A stretch of DNA of 63,045 bases, filler included, from Chiloscyllium plagiosum (GCF_004010195.1; 3 parts of one record of this genome joined end to end with filler, not necessarily neighbours in it); one strand, 5' to 3'. Positions 50,651 through 63,045 are shown, numbered from the whole stretch's first letter. Numbers and translations: made by a program. The notes: a model not told the origin generated them from the letters alone.

Positions 50651-50939
50651 ATAACATCTTCAGTGAGCCTCCGGAATAAATTATCTCTGTAATCCCCCTC
50701 CAGCTTCAGAAATTACATGTCCATGGTATAAGTTTTTTTTAAATTGATTCATTTCTTGTTCATTTATCTCAGAAATGTTTAAAAAAATAAAAAGCATGAT
50801 TTGTTTCCCGCGAACAGATTTCTGCTTCCTAGCGTTTTGGAGAAGCCTTTGGAGATACATCAATTCATTTCCTCAAGTTATAAGCATAGAAGGAGAGCTT
50901 TCTTTTTTTTAACATCACGACAAGGGGAGTGATTCTTGA

Positions 50940-51285
50940 TGAGGTATTGTCACCACAGTAGCAATCTGGAGACCCAGGTAATGTTCTGAGGACCTGGACT
51001 TAAATCCCACCATGGCAAATGGTGGCAATTTACTTCAATAAAATTTGGAATGAAAAGTCTAATGATGGCCATGAAACTATTTTCAATTGTAAGGAAAAAA
51101 CAATCTGGTTCACTGATGACCTATAGGGAAGGGAACTGCCATCCTTATCTGGTCTGGCCTATGCACAACTCCAGACCCACAGCAATGCGGTTGACTCTCA
51201 CTGCCCTCTGGGTAACAGGGATGGGCAATGAATGCTGACCTGGCCAGTGATACCCACATCCTCTGGATGAATGCACACATGAAAA
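50940..51285 (+). mobile_element. tRNA-headed SINE, near complete
   Basis: Collinear with 8240-8525, then jumps to a tail matching 10925-10980. Confidence 0.82.
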
Positions 51286-51919
51286 ATTGATTTGGAGAAT
51301 ATAATTTGGATTTCACAAAAAAACTGAAATCGTGGCGGAGAGGTTTTATTTGAAAAGTTGTAACACGTTTTCCAATAAAGAAAATGTCACCCTAATGGAT
51401 GGCACTATAGACGCTGCAATAAGAAAAGGGAACTTGAGGAACAAATGTACAGAGAGTGCTCAGCTGTCTGTCAGAATAAAAGGTTTGTAATAGTAGGGGA
51501 TTTAATTTTCCAAACACTGACCGGATTACCACAGTGTGAAACATTTAGTTGGTGAAGCATTTGTTAAATGAGTTCAAGAACATTTTCTTTATCAGTGTTT
51601 AAATGTTCCCATCAGAGAAGGAGCAAAACCTGACCAGACAGAGCAAGTGACTTAAATGAGAGCGGGGAAACACTTCAGGTGGGAGGAAATTGTTGGCTCC
51701 TTATAGAGGTTTACAAAATCATGAGATGTGTAAGTAATGTGAATAGCAGGTGTCATTTCCAGGAGGGGGCGCAATTCAAGAGTGGGCTGCATAATTTTAC
51801 AGGTGAGGAGAAAAGTTTTAAAATACATTCGGGTTTTTTGTTAATTTTTTGCACAGAGCTGGTTAATGTGTCGAAAGAATTTGCAGAGGACTGTTAACTG
51901 TGAATACAATTACAATTGC

Positions 51920-52190
51920 TGGACGACACGGTGACTCATTGGTTAGCACTGCTGCATCATCCCGCCAGGGACTTGGGTTCAATTCCAGCCTCCTGCGACT
52001 GTCTGTATGGGCTTTGCACTTTCTCACACTGTCTGTGTGCGTTTCCTCCTAAAAGGCAATTAGCCATGCTAAGTAGCCCAGACTGTTCAGTGATGTATAG
52101 GTAGGGTGCATGAGTGAGAAGTAAATACACGGGAAGGGTTCTGGGTGAACTTGTTCGGCAAATGACCTGTTTCCACACTGCAGGGATTCT
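51920..52190 (+). mobile_element. HE1-type V-SINE
   Basis: cacggtgactcattggttagcactgctgc..gggttcaattccagcc..cctgtttccacactgcagggattcta. Confidence 0.88.
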
Positions 52191-53699
52191 ACGATAAAGT
52201 CGTTTGGACAGGTACACAATAAGAAATGTTTGAGTGGATGTGAACCAAGGGGAGGCAGGTGAAATTACCTCCGTTTGGAATTATGGTCGACATGGATTAG
52301 TTGGACCATAGGGTCTGTTTCAATGCTGTATAATATTACAACTCTAATTCTCACTACCTCAAAATTCCTTCATCCTTACAACGCTCCCTATCACTGTCAC
52401 CTCATCCAGCCTCAGAACTCTTCCTTATCTGTATAATTCTTCTCCAGCCTCAGAACCCTCACTAACTCTATTCCACTCCAGTCTCTCAAAGCTCTGCTAC
52501 ATGTGTCTTTCTTTATTTCCGGCCTTGAGGATACCCCATTTTATTTCTCACTTGATGGCGGCTCTTTCAGCTTCCTGCACTGAACTCCAGAATTTCCACC
52601 TAAATCTCTCTGCCTCACTTTCCTCCAAAAAACTTGAACAATCATGTGTCATCTATTCTATTATCAGCTTTTCTGACCTTGTTTCAAATGTGGCCTAACA
52701 TATTCCTATATCAAGTATCTAGATGTTTACAGCACAGAGGAAGACTCTATGGTCCCTATGCCTGTAAAGAAAACTACCACATAACTACCCTTATCCATTT
52801 TCCAGTACTTGATCCATCACGTTATCTGTCTTGGTATCACAAGCATGCACCTAAAAACGTCTAAAATGCTATTGGGATTTCTGTGTCTTCCACCCTTCCA
52901 GAAAGTGAGGTTTAGTGCAACCTTTGATCGATGATGACATCACTCACAGGAACGTAGAGCAGCTGGGTCTGTGCAAACCATAGATGCCCCACACATTGGG
53001 AAGGATGGCAGAGAGGGGCGCAGGGGATTTACCAGGATGGTTTTAGGAATAGGGGATTTTAATGCGTGCTTATCTTCGCATTATTCATTGGTATGAGATC
53101 GGTAGGGTACAGGTGTTGCTGATACATAAAGAATATTGATCTACAATCAATGGACTCTCCTTCTCAATCTCTCCCCTTGCCTGGGCTGTGGTAACCGTCA
53201 GGTTAAACAACCGCCAGTCATCTCTCCATAATGAGAGAGCAGCCCTAATTTCCCGTAGGAAAACGGCAACTTCACCTTTGACACAGTTATGCGACTCTGT
53301 ATCAGGTGGGACACCACTCAGGCACAGTACGTTGGCCTGGAGAATGTCCACTCTTTTTAAAAACATGTTTGGGGGGCTACACGAAACTGTCGATGCAGGC
53401 GACTGGAGAATCTTCCAACATAATCCTGATGTCTACCTTTCAGAGAGAAAAAAGACATTGGAATCAGGGGTTTGGTGAAACTGAGATTGTTCGCCTTGTA
53501 ACAAAGGAAGTTGAGGAGAGACGTGACTGACGTGATTACAAAAGTTAAACATTAGGATGATAAACGTTACACTCATCTGCTTATCATAAAAGGATTACAG
53601 AACACATATTGAAGGTTTGGGGAGATCTTTTGAGAGAATAGTGTTATTCAAAAGAGAACTTTTTGCAGCACATAGGATTGAGCTGGAACACAATACTCA

Positions 53700-53930
53700 C
53701 ACACATTGCAAATATGCAGATCCTGATGAATTCAGTAATTCTGTCAGAGTTTGTCGTTACAATTACTGATATTACCATCTGAATGCCCACCTGTAATATC
53801 CTGTAATACAAGTTTATAAAATCCATCACTGTCAGTTCAAGTTAGAAGCTCACACCGTCCCCTCCGCCAGGCCCAGGATGACTGTACACATTACCCCTTC
53901 TGGAAATCAGCAGTAAATTCAGGGGACATC
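53700..53930 (-). pseudogene. Orphan intron end plus ~100 bp terminal-exon start, truncated by CR1
   Basis: Acceptor ttataaacttgtattacAG/gatatta at 53801; paralogous to 37153-37285, where the exon part is deleted. Confidence 0.35.
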
Positions 53931-54149
53931 TCTGGGTTAGTATGAATGTCATGTGTCTGAACAGGGCAGATCTTTGACATATGGGACAGAATGTTCCAAG
54001 AGTTAGTGAGATATGGAGAACAGAATTTACTTCCTTTTCTTTCCTTCCATGAAACAGTAGTGGTTAATCAATAATACACGGGGTGTGAAGGGCTCACGCA
54101 GCTTGCTGAGCAAGTTGTCTCCCTTCTAACAAATGAGCAGCAAAATCCT

Positions 54150-54800
54150 CCCAGTCATTCCAAAGAGTATCCCGAAAAAGATAGCAACTCTGCATGCTTC
54201 CCACTGCTCCCAGTAAATGTTTGGAAGAATGGGAAGGGGGGATCTCCTAGAAAAGGCATAACTGTAAAGTTCTCAGAGGATTGTGAAGAGAGAGAGATGC
54301 ACAGGAGAAGTGGACAACAAGTTGCCAGATGGGGTATAATTTGGGAAATTGTGAAGTTGTGCATTTTGGAGAAGATAATAAAAGTACAGTGTAATATTTA
54401 AATTGCGGAAACTGCAGAAAGCTGCACCACAAAGGGACCAGAGGGCAATTGTGCAGGAAACACTGAAAGCTAGCACACAGTTGCAACAGGTGATCAGGAA
54501 AGAGAATGGAATGTTTTGTTTCAAGGTTTTTCAGTATTAGAGTTTGGAGTATATAACTGAGAGCAACATCATGAAGTGCTGGTGAGACCATGATATCTGG
54601 AGTAATGTGGGCAGTTTTGGTCCCTTTATATAAGGAAATGTGTCACTTTATTGTATGCATTTCAGGGAAGATTCATGAGGATGATCTCTGGTTGAAGAGA
54701 TTATCTTTTAAATAAAGGCTGAACAGGTTAGGACTCCACTCACTGGATTTTGGAGAATGAGACGTTGTCTCATTGAAACATATGGGATTCTATAGGGGTT
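54150..54800 (+). mobile_element. Old CR1 fragment
   Basis: KCEVVHFG-like at ~54348 and LVRP-like at ~54580. Confidence 0.65.
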
Positions 54801-54829
54801 CTATAAACCTAACACGGTGCCTATGGACG

Positions 54830-55330
54830 ATGTCACCTCCTGGCAGTATGTAGGTGAGAAACAGGAGGGGACAAGGATAGATCCTCGAGGTACACCAAAT
54901 ACAAGGAACTCAGAAAGGAAATGGAGAGTGGAGATGGATTTTCCAACGACGGCGAGGTCAAATATTAGTTTTTAGCACAATGGGCAAGAAGGACATAACC
55001 AGAAAAGACAAACAGACAGAATAAGGAACAATATCTGTGAATCGGCGAGGGAGGATGATCGGGAGGAGGAGGAGGAGACATAGTTGGAATATCTACAGTT
55101 TAGCAAGACTAGGATAAAGTTGAGCTCGGTTAAGGCTTCTCACGACGTCAGAGAAAGATGTTAATTTAGGACAAAATGGGGAACACCATGTGAGGTAGTT
55201 TGTGTCGGTGGGCTACTGGGAGGGAGGAAAACAGCTGATCGGACTGTCTCAATCTTAGTGACAGAGGAACTCCATGTGCTCCTCGGTCTTGTTGGTGGAG
55301 GGGTGGATGGAGGGGACAGGATGATGGACA
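54830..55330 (-). mobile_element. L2 LINE RT fragment
   Basis: Reverse strand GVPRGSILVP at ~54870-54897. Confidence 0.55.
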
Positions 55331-55399
55331 GTGCTTTACAAATGAACAGAACCTGGATTAGTGATGTTTAAAACAGTGAACATTCCTGATGTATTTAAC

Positions 55400-57790
55400 A
55401 TTTATCCAGAATATTAAACTGTACAACTGAAGTCCGGGTTCCCATCCTACCTTGGCAGATGGTGAAATCTGAATTCAAGAAAAATTAACTGTAAATAAGA
55501 ATCCCCTGTCATTGTCAATGGCGAAAAAATCCTGCCAACCTGACAGTGGCCCAGCAAGCTACTCATTGTATTAATCACTGCAAAGTCTCAACAAAGGATT
55601 GAAACGGGATGGACCACTTGGCATCTAACAAGGCATTAGGAAATACAACCACAGAATCTGCCTTCTTGTGACTGCAATATCCTCCTCACTAACATCTGAT
55701 TTTTGGTGCCAAAACGTGCAGAGCTGACTCACAGACCAATCAAGGACCAGCCTGACATAGTCATACTCACGGAATCATACCTTACAGACAATGACCAGAC
55801 ACCACCATCACTTTTCCTAGATATCGAGATTTTTGATGTTGGAAAAGCATAACAGGTCAGGCAGCATCCGAGGAGCAGGACATTCGACGTTTTGAGCCTA
55901 AGTCCTTCATCAGCCTGACCTGCTGTGCTATTCCAGCACCATACTCTCGACTCTGATCTCCAGCATCTGCATTCTTCACTTTCTCCTAAATCTGTCAGGA
56001 CAGACCAGGCAGAGGTGATGGCACAGTGGTGTACAGACAGAAGGAGTTGCTCTGGGAGTACTCTGCATTGATTCCGGACACCAGGACGTCTCATGGCTCC
56101 TGATGATTACCACGTACTGTACTCCCGCGGCTGATGAATCAATTCTCATTCATGTTGAAGGACTTTTGGAGGGAGCATTGAGGAAATAAAATGGCATAAA
56201 ATGTACTTTAGGTACAATATTTCAGTATCCCCAATCAAGACTAGCTCAGCAACAGAATTACTGGTTGAGCTCGTCCGGTCCTAAAGGACGTAGCTGCTCA
56301 ACTGAGTCTGCAGCAGGTGGTGAGGGAACCAACCAAAGGGGAAACCTCACTTGTTCTCATTGTTATGAATTGAACAGCTGCAGATACATCTCTCCATGAC
56401 AGTATCGTTAAGAGCAACCATTACACAGTCATTTTTGGAGACAAAGACTCGCTTTAAAGTTGAGAGTGCCCTCTATTATGTTGAGTGGCACTTTCACTGT
56501 TCTAAATGGAGTACACTTCATTGCCTTCATCAACCATTACCATCAAGCCAGGGGATCAATCCTAGTTCAATGGAGAGGACAGGAGGACACGCCAGGATGA
56601 GCATCAGGCATACCTAAAAATGAGGTGCCAACCTAGTGCAGCTAACAAACCTGGAGCAAGAAAACTAACATTCAGAGCAAAAGCACTTCATCAGGAATGG
56701 AGGCAAGCAGCCTCCAGAGTGGAGAGATAAGTGTGTGGGGGTGGGGCTGGGGAGAAGGTAGGAAAGAGTACAATAGGTGGATGGAGGTGGGGATGGAGAA
56801 GATGGGTCAGAGGGTGCCCTAATCAATCACTAATCAACCCCACCGCCCCGTGGCCTAACATTTCAACTCCCCCTCCCACGCTGCCGAGGACATGCAGATC
56901 CTGGGTCTCCTCCAGCACCCCCCCCCCCGACCCTGCCATCCACTTATCTCTCCACCCTAGAGACTCCCTGGCTCCATCCAGACGAAGGGCTTTTGCCTGC
57001 TCTTCGGATGCTGCCTGACATGCTGTGCTTTTCCAGTAACACTATCATCTAAACTCTGGTTTATAGCATCTGCAGTCCTCACTTTTGCCCAGATACCAAA
57101 CCTGCATACCAACAGCACAAGCAACAAGCAATAGAACGAAGTGATCCCACAACTAATAGATCAAATCAGAGCTCTGCAGTTCTGCTGCATCCAGTCTTGA
57201 ATAGCGATGGATAATTAAACAACTCACTGGAGGAAGCATCACAGATATCCCCACCCTTACTGATGGAGGGGCCTCATACATCCATGCAAAAGATAAGATG
57301 ACAGCATTTGCAGCCATCTTCAGCTAGTTGTGCCAACAGCGTTCTCCAGTGGTTCCTAACATCTCAAATGTGAGTTTTAAGTCAGTTCAATCAATATCAA
57401 GAAATGGTTAAGTAGTGCAAAGGCTATGGGCCCTGCCAACATTCTGGCAATAATACTGAAAGCTTGTGCTCCAGAACCTGCCACACATCAAGCCACGTAC
57501 CGCTCCAGAGCTGGCATCTACCGACAACATGGAGCATTGCCCAGGGGTATTCAACACAAAAGCACACAGCAAATCCAACACAGCCAATTTCCCTCTATCA
57601 GTCCATACTCGATCAGCAGTAAAATTATGGAATTGGTCACCAACAGGGTGTTCAAGCAGCAGCTGCTCAGCAACAACCAGCTGAGCAACACTCATTTTAG
57701 TCCACCAGGGCCAATCAGCTCCCGATTGTGTCACTTACCTGATTCACAACCTGACACCCAGCTGAATCCCAGAGGTCAGGTGAGGCTGAC
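55400..57790 (+). mobile_element. Second copy of the tRNA-headed LINE family, interrupted by PLE-derived inserts at ~55822-55990 and ~56650-57090
   Basis: Head ccgggttcccatcc..gcagatggtgaaatctgaattcaa; QPDIVILTESYLTDN; AKAMGPANILAIILKACAPE. Confidence 0.8.
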
Positions 57791-57799
57791 AACCCAGTC

Positions 57800-58060
57800 C
57801 GACTCCAAGACCACTATTTCCAGCCGATTCCATCCTCGTCTCAGCTCATATACTGAAACTCTCATCCATCCCTATGTAATCTCAGACTTAATTATCCAAA
57901 CTCAATCCTGGCCAGCCTCCCACATTCAATCTTCCTCCCATCCAAGTGCACACTTCTACCATAAAATGTCCCTCTGTCCAAAGTCTCCTACTCATAAGCA
58001 ACAACAATTTAAAATTCTCACCCTTGATTTAATTCCTGGCTGTGATCATCACTAGTTCCC
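57800..58060 (+). mobile_element. L2 3' fragment
   Basis: ETLIHPYVISDL..FKILTL resembles the L2 C-terminal LIHAFVTSRLDY..FKILLL. Confidence 0.55.
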
Positions 58061-58067
58061 TGCACCA

Positions 58068-58477
58068 TGTAGGGGGTAGTGTAATTTTTAAATGGTTAGC
58101 TGCATTTTAGTCTTTTCTACCTTATAGTAAACACAAGTGCCTTATAGTAAACACAAGCAGACACTCGAAACCGGTGCCGGACCTCCCCCATGTTTTATGA
58201 ATGAAACAATTGTAACAGCTTTCCTCGATAGCTGAGAGACCGCCCTTAACCACAGTTGTACAACATCATCCATGTAAGGAAAGAACGGGGAACTCGAACA
58301 CTGATTGGCCAAGTGAGTAACAAAATAATCGCAGGCACCAGAACCCAAATAAGGAAAACAGTGGGGAACCCTAGCACTCATTGGTCAAGACAGCAGTAGG
58401 ACACCCAGCCCACATATACGTGTATATAATGCGTGGAGATTACTATGCTTGTGTGTGTACCCACGGGAACAACACCC
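58068..58477 (+). mobile_element. LTR U3-like segment, cut by spacer
   Basis: Starts TGT; 20-bp direct repeat at ~58120-58160; ATTGG at 58304 and 58380; TATATAA at 58423; CpGs retained; abruptly interrupts L2. Confidence 0.55.
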
Positions 58478-58577
58478 NNNNNNNNNNNNNNNNNNNNNNN
58501 NNNNNNNNNNNNNNNNNNNNNTTAATTAATTAANNNNNNNNNNNNNNNNNNNNNNNNNNNNNNNNNNNNNNNNNNNN
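58478..58577. other. Artificial spacer: 44 N + TTAATTAATTAA + 44 N
   Basis: Identical to 26865-26964. Confidence 0.97.
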
Positions 58578-58994
58578 GTGAGCGCAGCAGCAAAAGCCTA
58601 AAGAGATCAATGTGAAAGTGATTGTAAGCGAAATGGGAGGGGGAACTTTAAGGAGGTATGTGTTTGCGGGAGGGAGGGAATTCTCCGAGAATGCAGCTTA
58701 ATGTTCCGGTGTATAGATGCTATAGCAAAGATAGAAAGGGGGCAACAGAGCAGGGGGATGAGGTATTTTTGATTAGGGATAACATTACAGCTGGGCTTCA
58801 AGAGGTATCCCTGGGAATACATCCAGGCAAGTTATACAGGTGGAACTGAGAAATAAGGGATGATCTTCTTACTGGGATTGTACTATTGACCCCTCCTCAC
58901 CCCTTCCCCAGTAGTCAGCGGGGAATTGAGAAGCAAATTTACAAAGACATCACTTATCTGTAAGAATAGTATGGTTGTATTCAAGACTTGACCT

Positions 58995-59305
58995 TTTTTA
59001 TTCATTCACAGGATGCGGGTGTCACTGGCTGGGCCCAAAGGACAGTCACATTGCTGTGGGTCTGGAGTCACACGTAGGCCAGACCTGGTAAGGATGGCAG
59101 ATTACTTCCCTGAAGAATATTAGTGAATCTGATGGGTTTGTTTTCGCAACAATCGACATTGGATTCATAGTCTTTCATCGATTCCTAATTCCAAATTTTT
59201 ATCGAATTCACATTCCACCATCTGCCGTGGCAGGCTTCACACCCAGAGCTCCAGAACTTTATCTGGGTGTCTGGATTATCCATTTAGCCAAAATATCACT
59301 AGGCC
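58995..59305 (-). mobile_element. tRNA-headed SINE
   Basis: Reverse complement of the 50940 family (cacattgctgtgggtctggagtcacacgtaggccagacctggtaagg). Confidence 0.82.
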
Positions 59306-59709
59306 ATTTGGCAGGGTGAGTGACTGAGGTATCCGTAGGACAGCACATCAGCACCAAAATTTCCATGGTCTCTGCGGAACATAGAAAGGGCTGGGGAGGG
59401 AAATATATTCCTGGTGGTGGGGTCTGACTGTAGATAGCGGAAAAGTCGCTTTATCTGGTGATAAGTGGGGTGGCCAGTGAGGACCGGTGGATTATATTCT
59501 TGTGGTTGGAGGGGTGGTGTAAAGGTGAAGGTGCAGGAAGTGGAGGATATGCATTGAAGGGCATTGTTGATCATGTGGAAGGGAGATGTGCTGCTTGAAG
59601 TAGCAAAACCTTTCTGTGATGTCCTGGAGTGGAATTGCTTCTCCTGGGAGCACATATGGCAGAAGCAGAGGAATTGAGAAAACAGGATCATGTTTTTACT
59701 GAATATACT

Positions 59710-61320
59710 CGAGGGTAATCAGGAGAACAAAAAGGAGACATGACATATCTCTAGGAAATAGTTTAAGGAGATTCCAAAGAGATTCTTCAAATACATTAAG
59801 GATAAAATAATAACCAGGCAGAGAATAGGACACCTTAAAGATCAAGAAGGCCATCTATGGAACAACGGGAAGTGGGAGAGATACTATGCTATTCTATTCG
59901 AGAGAGTTTGGAGAAATAATAGTGATAGCTTGAAAAGTGTCCATATTATAGAGGAGGTGGTACTGGATATCTTAAATCGTAGCAAGGTGTATCCCAGAAA
60001 CTTGTGGAAAGCTAGGAAAGTGATAGCAGTGCCCCTCCCTGAGATATTTATATCATCGTTTATGACAGGTGAGGTGTTGGAAGATGTGTGCCATTATTTT
60101 AAAAAGTAGTAAGGAAAGGCCAGGGAGCAAGAGGACAGTCACTCTGACGTCAGTGGCAGGCAAGTTGTTGGAAGGGATTCTGAGGGATAGGATTTACATG
60201 TACTGGTTAGGAAGGTTAGATAACATTGAATGTTGGGAGAACCAGACATTTGGATACAAAACTGGCTTGAAGGTAGGTGGCAGAGGGTGGTGATGGAGGG
60301 TTGCTTTGTGGACTGGAGGCATGTGAGCAGCAGTGTGCTGCAGGAATGGATATGGGGTCCTTAAATAAATGACTTGGATGTGAATATGAGGTGTGGTCAG
60401 CAGGTTTACAGAAGACACCAAAATTGGAGGTGTAGTGCACAGTGAAGAAGGTTAGTTCAGAATACATTCAGAATACAACAGGATCTTGATCAGATGGGCC
60501 ATTGGAGCAAGGAATGGCAGATGGAGTTCAATTTAGATAAATATGAGCTGTTGTATTTTGGAAAGGCAAATCAGGGCAGGACGTTTGCACTTAATGGTAA
60601 AATCCTGGGGAGTGTTGCTGAACAAAGAAACCATGGTGTGTAGGTTCATTGTTCCTTGAAAGTGGTGTTGCAGGTAGGGAGGCTAGTGAAGGTGGCGTTT
60701 GGTACACTAAAATTTTTTTGGTCAATGCATTGAATACAGAAGCTGGGGCGTCATATTGTGGCTGGACAGGACATTGATTAAGCCATTCAGGAATTCTGTT
60801 TTAAGTTCAAAATTCCCTGTTTTGGGAAGGGTGTTGTGAATCTTGAAAGAGTTCAGACAAGATTTACAACAATTTTGCCAGGGTTGGAGGATTTGAGCTA
60901 AAGGGAGAGGCTGAATAGGGTGGGGTTAATTTCCCTGGAGAGTCAAAGACCGAGAGGTGATTTTACGGAGATTTATAAAATCACGAGGGGCATGGATATA
61001 GTGAACAGCCGGAGTCTTTTCCCCCCAGGTTAGATGGATCCAAAACAAGAGCACATGGGCTTAAGTTGAGAGGGCAAAAATTTAAAAGGAATCTAAGGGG
61101 CCACGTGTTCAAGCTGAGCTGTGTGGAATGAGCTGCCAGATGAAGTAGTGGAGGCTGATAGAATTACAACATTTAAAATGCATCCGATTGGGTACATGAA
61201 TAGGAAGGGTTTCGAATGATACGGACCAATAGCTGGCAAACGGGACTCCATTAGTTTAGGATTCCTAGTTGGCATGGACCAATTGGACCAAAGGTCTGTT
61301 TCTGTGCTGTACATCTGACA
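59710..61320 (+). mobile_element. Decayed CR1 ORF2 to 3' end
   Basis: LTSVAGKLLEGILRDRIY (ORF 60069..60293); tail aggtctgtttctgtgctgtacatct. Confidence 0.88.
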
Positions 61321-61329
61321 CTAATAAAT

Positions 61330-61945
61330 GAAAATAAGATGTGTTCCTCTTTTGTGGAGAGCTAGCAGAAGCACAGATAATTATCCTTGGAGCTGAGAAT
61401 GTTAAGCAATGATTTCGACCAGATGCAGATTTGTTTCCAAGGTATTTAATTTGCAGAGAGAGAGAGGAATTGTTAACAACGTCATAATTTTAGTAACTAT
61501 TTTCAAGTAATTGGCAACTAATTCAGGGTGAATATGTGAACATTATTTTATTCAGTAAATTCTGAGCATCTGGAACAGTCTGAATGGCAGCTGGACACAG
61601 ATTCAGCAGTTATTCATAAATAGATTTGGAATTTTACTTTTTAAGCAAAGGTTTGGGGGGCTAAGGGCAAATGGGAGGGGAGTTGGGACAGATTTGCAGC
61701 ATCTCCAGAGGGAGAGAGTATAGCCCCAATGGGCTGAATAGCCCCCAGCCCCAAGCTCTGTGATACTGCCCCATTCACTGTGAATGATGAAGCTCATCCG
61801 AGGGCAGAGAGGGAGGATACCACCACTCACCTCACAATGGGCCTCAGGTGATTGATGTCAGCGCAGGCCAATAGGAGGCAGAGGGTGGGACTGGAACACG
61901 AGGCAGTACCAGTTTATCTTCCAACCAATCAGAGTGAACGAGGGT
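61330..61945 (+). promoter_or_regulatory. Promoter module copy D with flank (inverted relative to A, B, C, E)
   Basis: CCAAT at 61868 and 61925, TGATGTCA at 61853; ORF 61603..61830(-) mirrors 40536..40718(+). Confidence 0.55.
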
Positions 61946-62019
61946 ATCCTTAAGGCTGGAATGAAAGAAAGGCACATGTAGCAGAGATTTGAAAAACTGG
62001 AGGAGATTAGAGATAGGGA

Positions 62020-63045
62020 GCACTCTGTGACTGGAGAGGAATTATATAAATAAGGAAGAGTTGTGAGGCTGGATGAGGTGACAGTGATCGGGAGAGTTGT
62101 GAGGATGGAGGAATTTGGAGATAGTGCGAATTAGAGTCCTAATGTTACACAGCAAGGAAACAGGCCCTGTGGTCCAACCAGTCCATGCCGACCATAATTC
62201 CAAACTGAACTAATTGTACCTGCCTCCGTTTAGTCCACATCCATCCAAATATTTCCTATTTACGTACTTATCTGAATGTATTTTAAATATTATAATTGTA
62301 TTCACAACTATCACTTCCGCTGGAAGTTCATTCCACACGTGTATTTTTTTTTTTGAAAATCCTAATGTCTTTTCTCAAATCTTTCTCATCTCTTCTCAAA
62401 ATGAATGCACCCGAATTTTGAATTCCCCTCTCTCCCGGCCATTCACCTTTATCTACACTCTTCACGATTGCATAAACCTTTTAATAAGGTCACCCCTCAA
62501 CCTCCTAAACTCCAGTGAAAAAAGTCCCAGCCTCTCCTGATAACACAATCCCTCCATTCCCATTAACATTCCAGTAAATCTCTTCTGAACCTGTTCCGAT
62601 TTAATGATATCCTTCCTATAATAGCACAACCAGAGCTGGGTTTAGAATTCCAGAAGAGGCCTCCCTAACATTCGCAACAACCTCAACAGAACGTCCCAAT
62701 TCCTATACCACAAACTTCAAAGACATGAAGCCCTCAATCTCTTTGTTCCCAAATCACTAGTCAACGCCTTACTTGTAATGAGTGTAAGTCCTGCCTTCGT
62801 TTGTTTTATCAAGATGTAATATTTTGCATTTATTCCAATCCAAAACTCCTTTGAGTATAAAGGCAGTAGGAGTATAATTAAGAGGGAAATCAGGAGGCAA
62901 AAAAGGGGATGCGAGATAGCTTTGGAAGATAGGGTTAAGGATAATCCAAATGGCTTTTATAAATACATGAAGAACAAAAGGCTAACTAGGGAGAAAATAG
63001 AGACCCTCAAAGATCAGCAAGGCAGCCATTGTGTGGAGCTGCAGG
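62020..63045. repeat. Inverted duplicate of 34920-36010 (two CR1 fragments plus flank)
   Basis: Direct reverse-complement match including the chimeric CR1 junction. Confidence 0.85.

Noticed and set aside
28960..63045. Intact zinc-finger or histone genes associated with the promoter modules
   Set aside because: No C2H2 (CxxC..HxxxH, TGEKP/TGERP) or histone motifs in the ORF track.

Overview
Repeat-saturated vertebrate genomic DNA with no intact protein-coding gene that I can support. The repeat complement (HE1-type V-SINEs, HER1/CR1 LINEs, Rex1/Babar, L2, abundant Penelope-like elements) points to a cartilaginous fish, most likely a shark; this is inference. The window has one 500-N gap (7314-7813) and two artificial 100-bp spacers (44 N + TTAATTAATTAA + 44 N at 26865-26964 and 58478-58577), so it consists of at least four joined pieces. 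Main structures: (1) a >=7.3 kb inverted segmental duplication (1-7313 vs 15531-22730); (2) from 27 kb on, a mosaic of direct, tandem and inverted duplications carrying five copies of a decayed CCAAT/CRE/E-box promoter module (three with candidate first-exon donors) and two copies of an orphan splice-acceptor/terminal-exon start, resembling the remains of a birth-and-death gene cluster (possibly shark C2H2 zinc-finger genes; no finger-coding sequence is present); (3) Penelope-derived foldback insertions with minimal hammerhead-ribozyme motifs, one with a TSD and its empty site in a paralogue within the window; (4) a LINE family with a tRNA-like Pol III head, plus SINEs that look like its head+tail deletion derivative; (5) a near full-length decayed CR1 at about 43.5-47.7 kb; (6) a young-looking LTR U3-like segment cut by the second spacer. 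I found no convincing wholly new biological system; the best candidates are listed with caveats. Boundaries of decayed elements are approximate, and identities are by-eye counts on short stretches.
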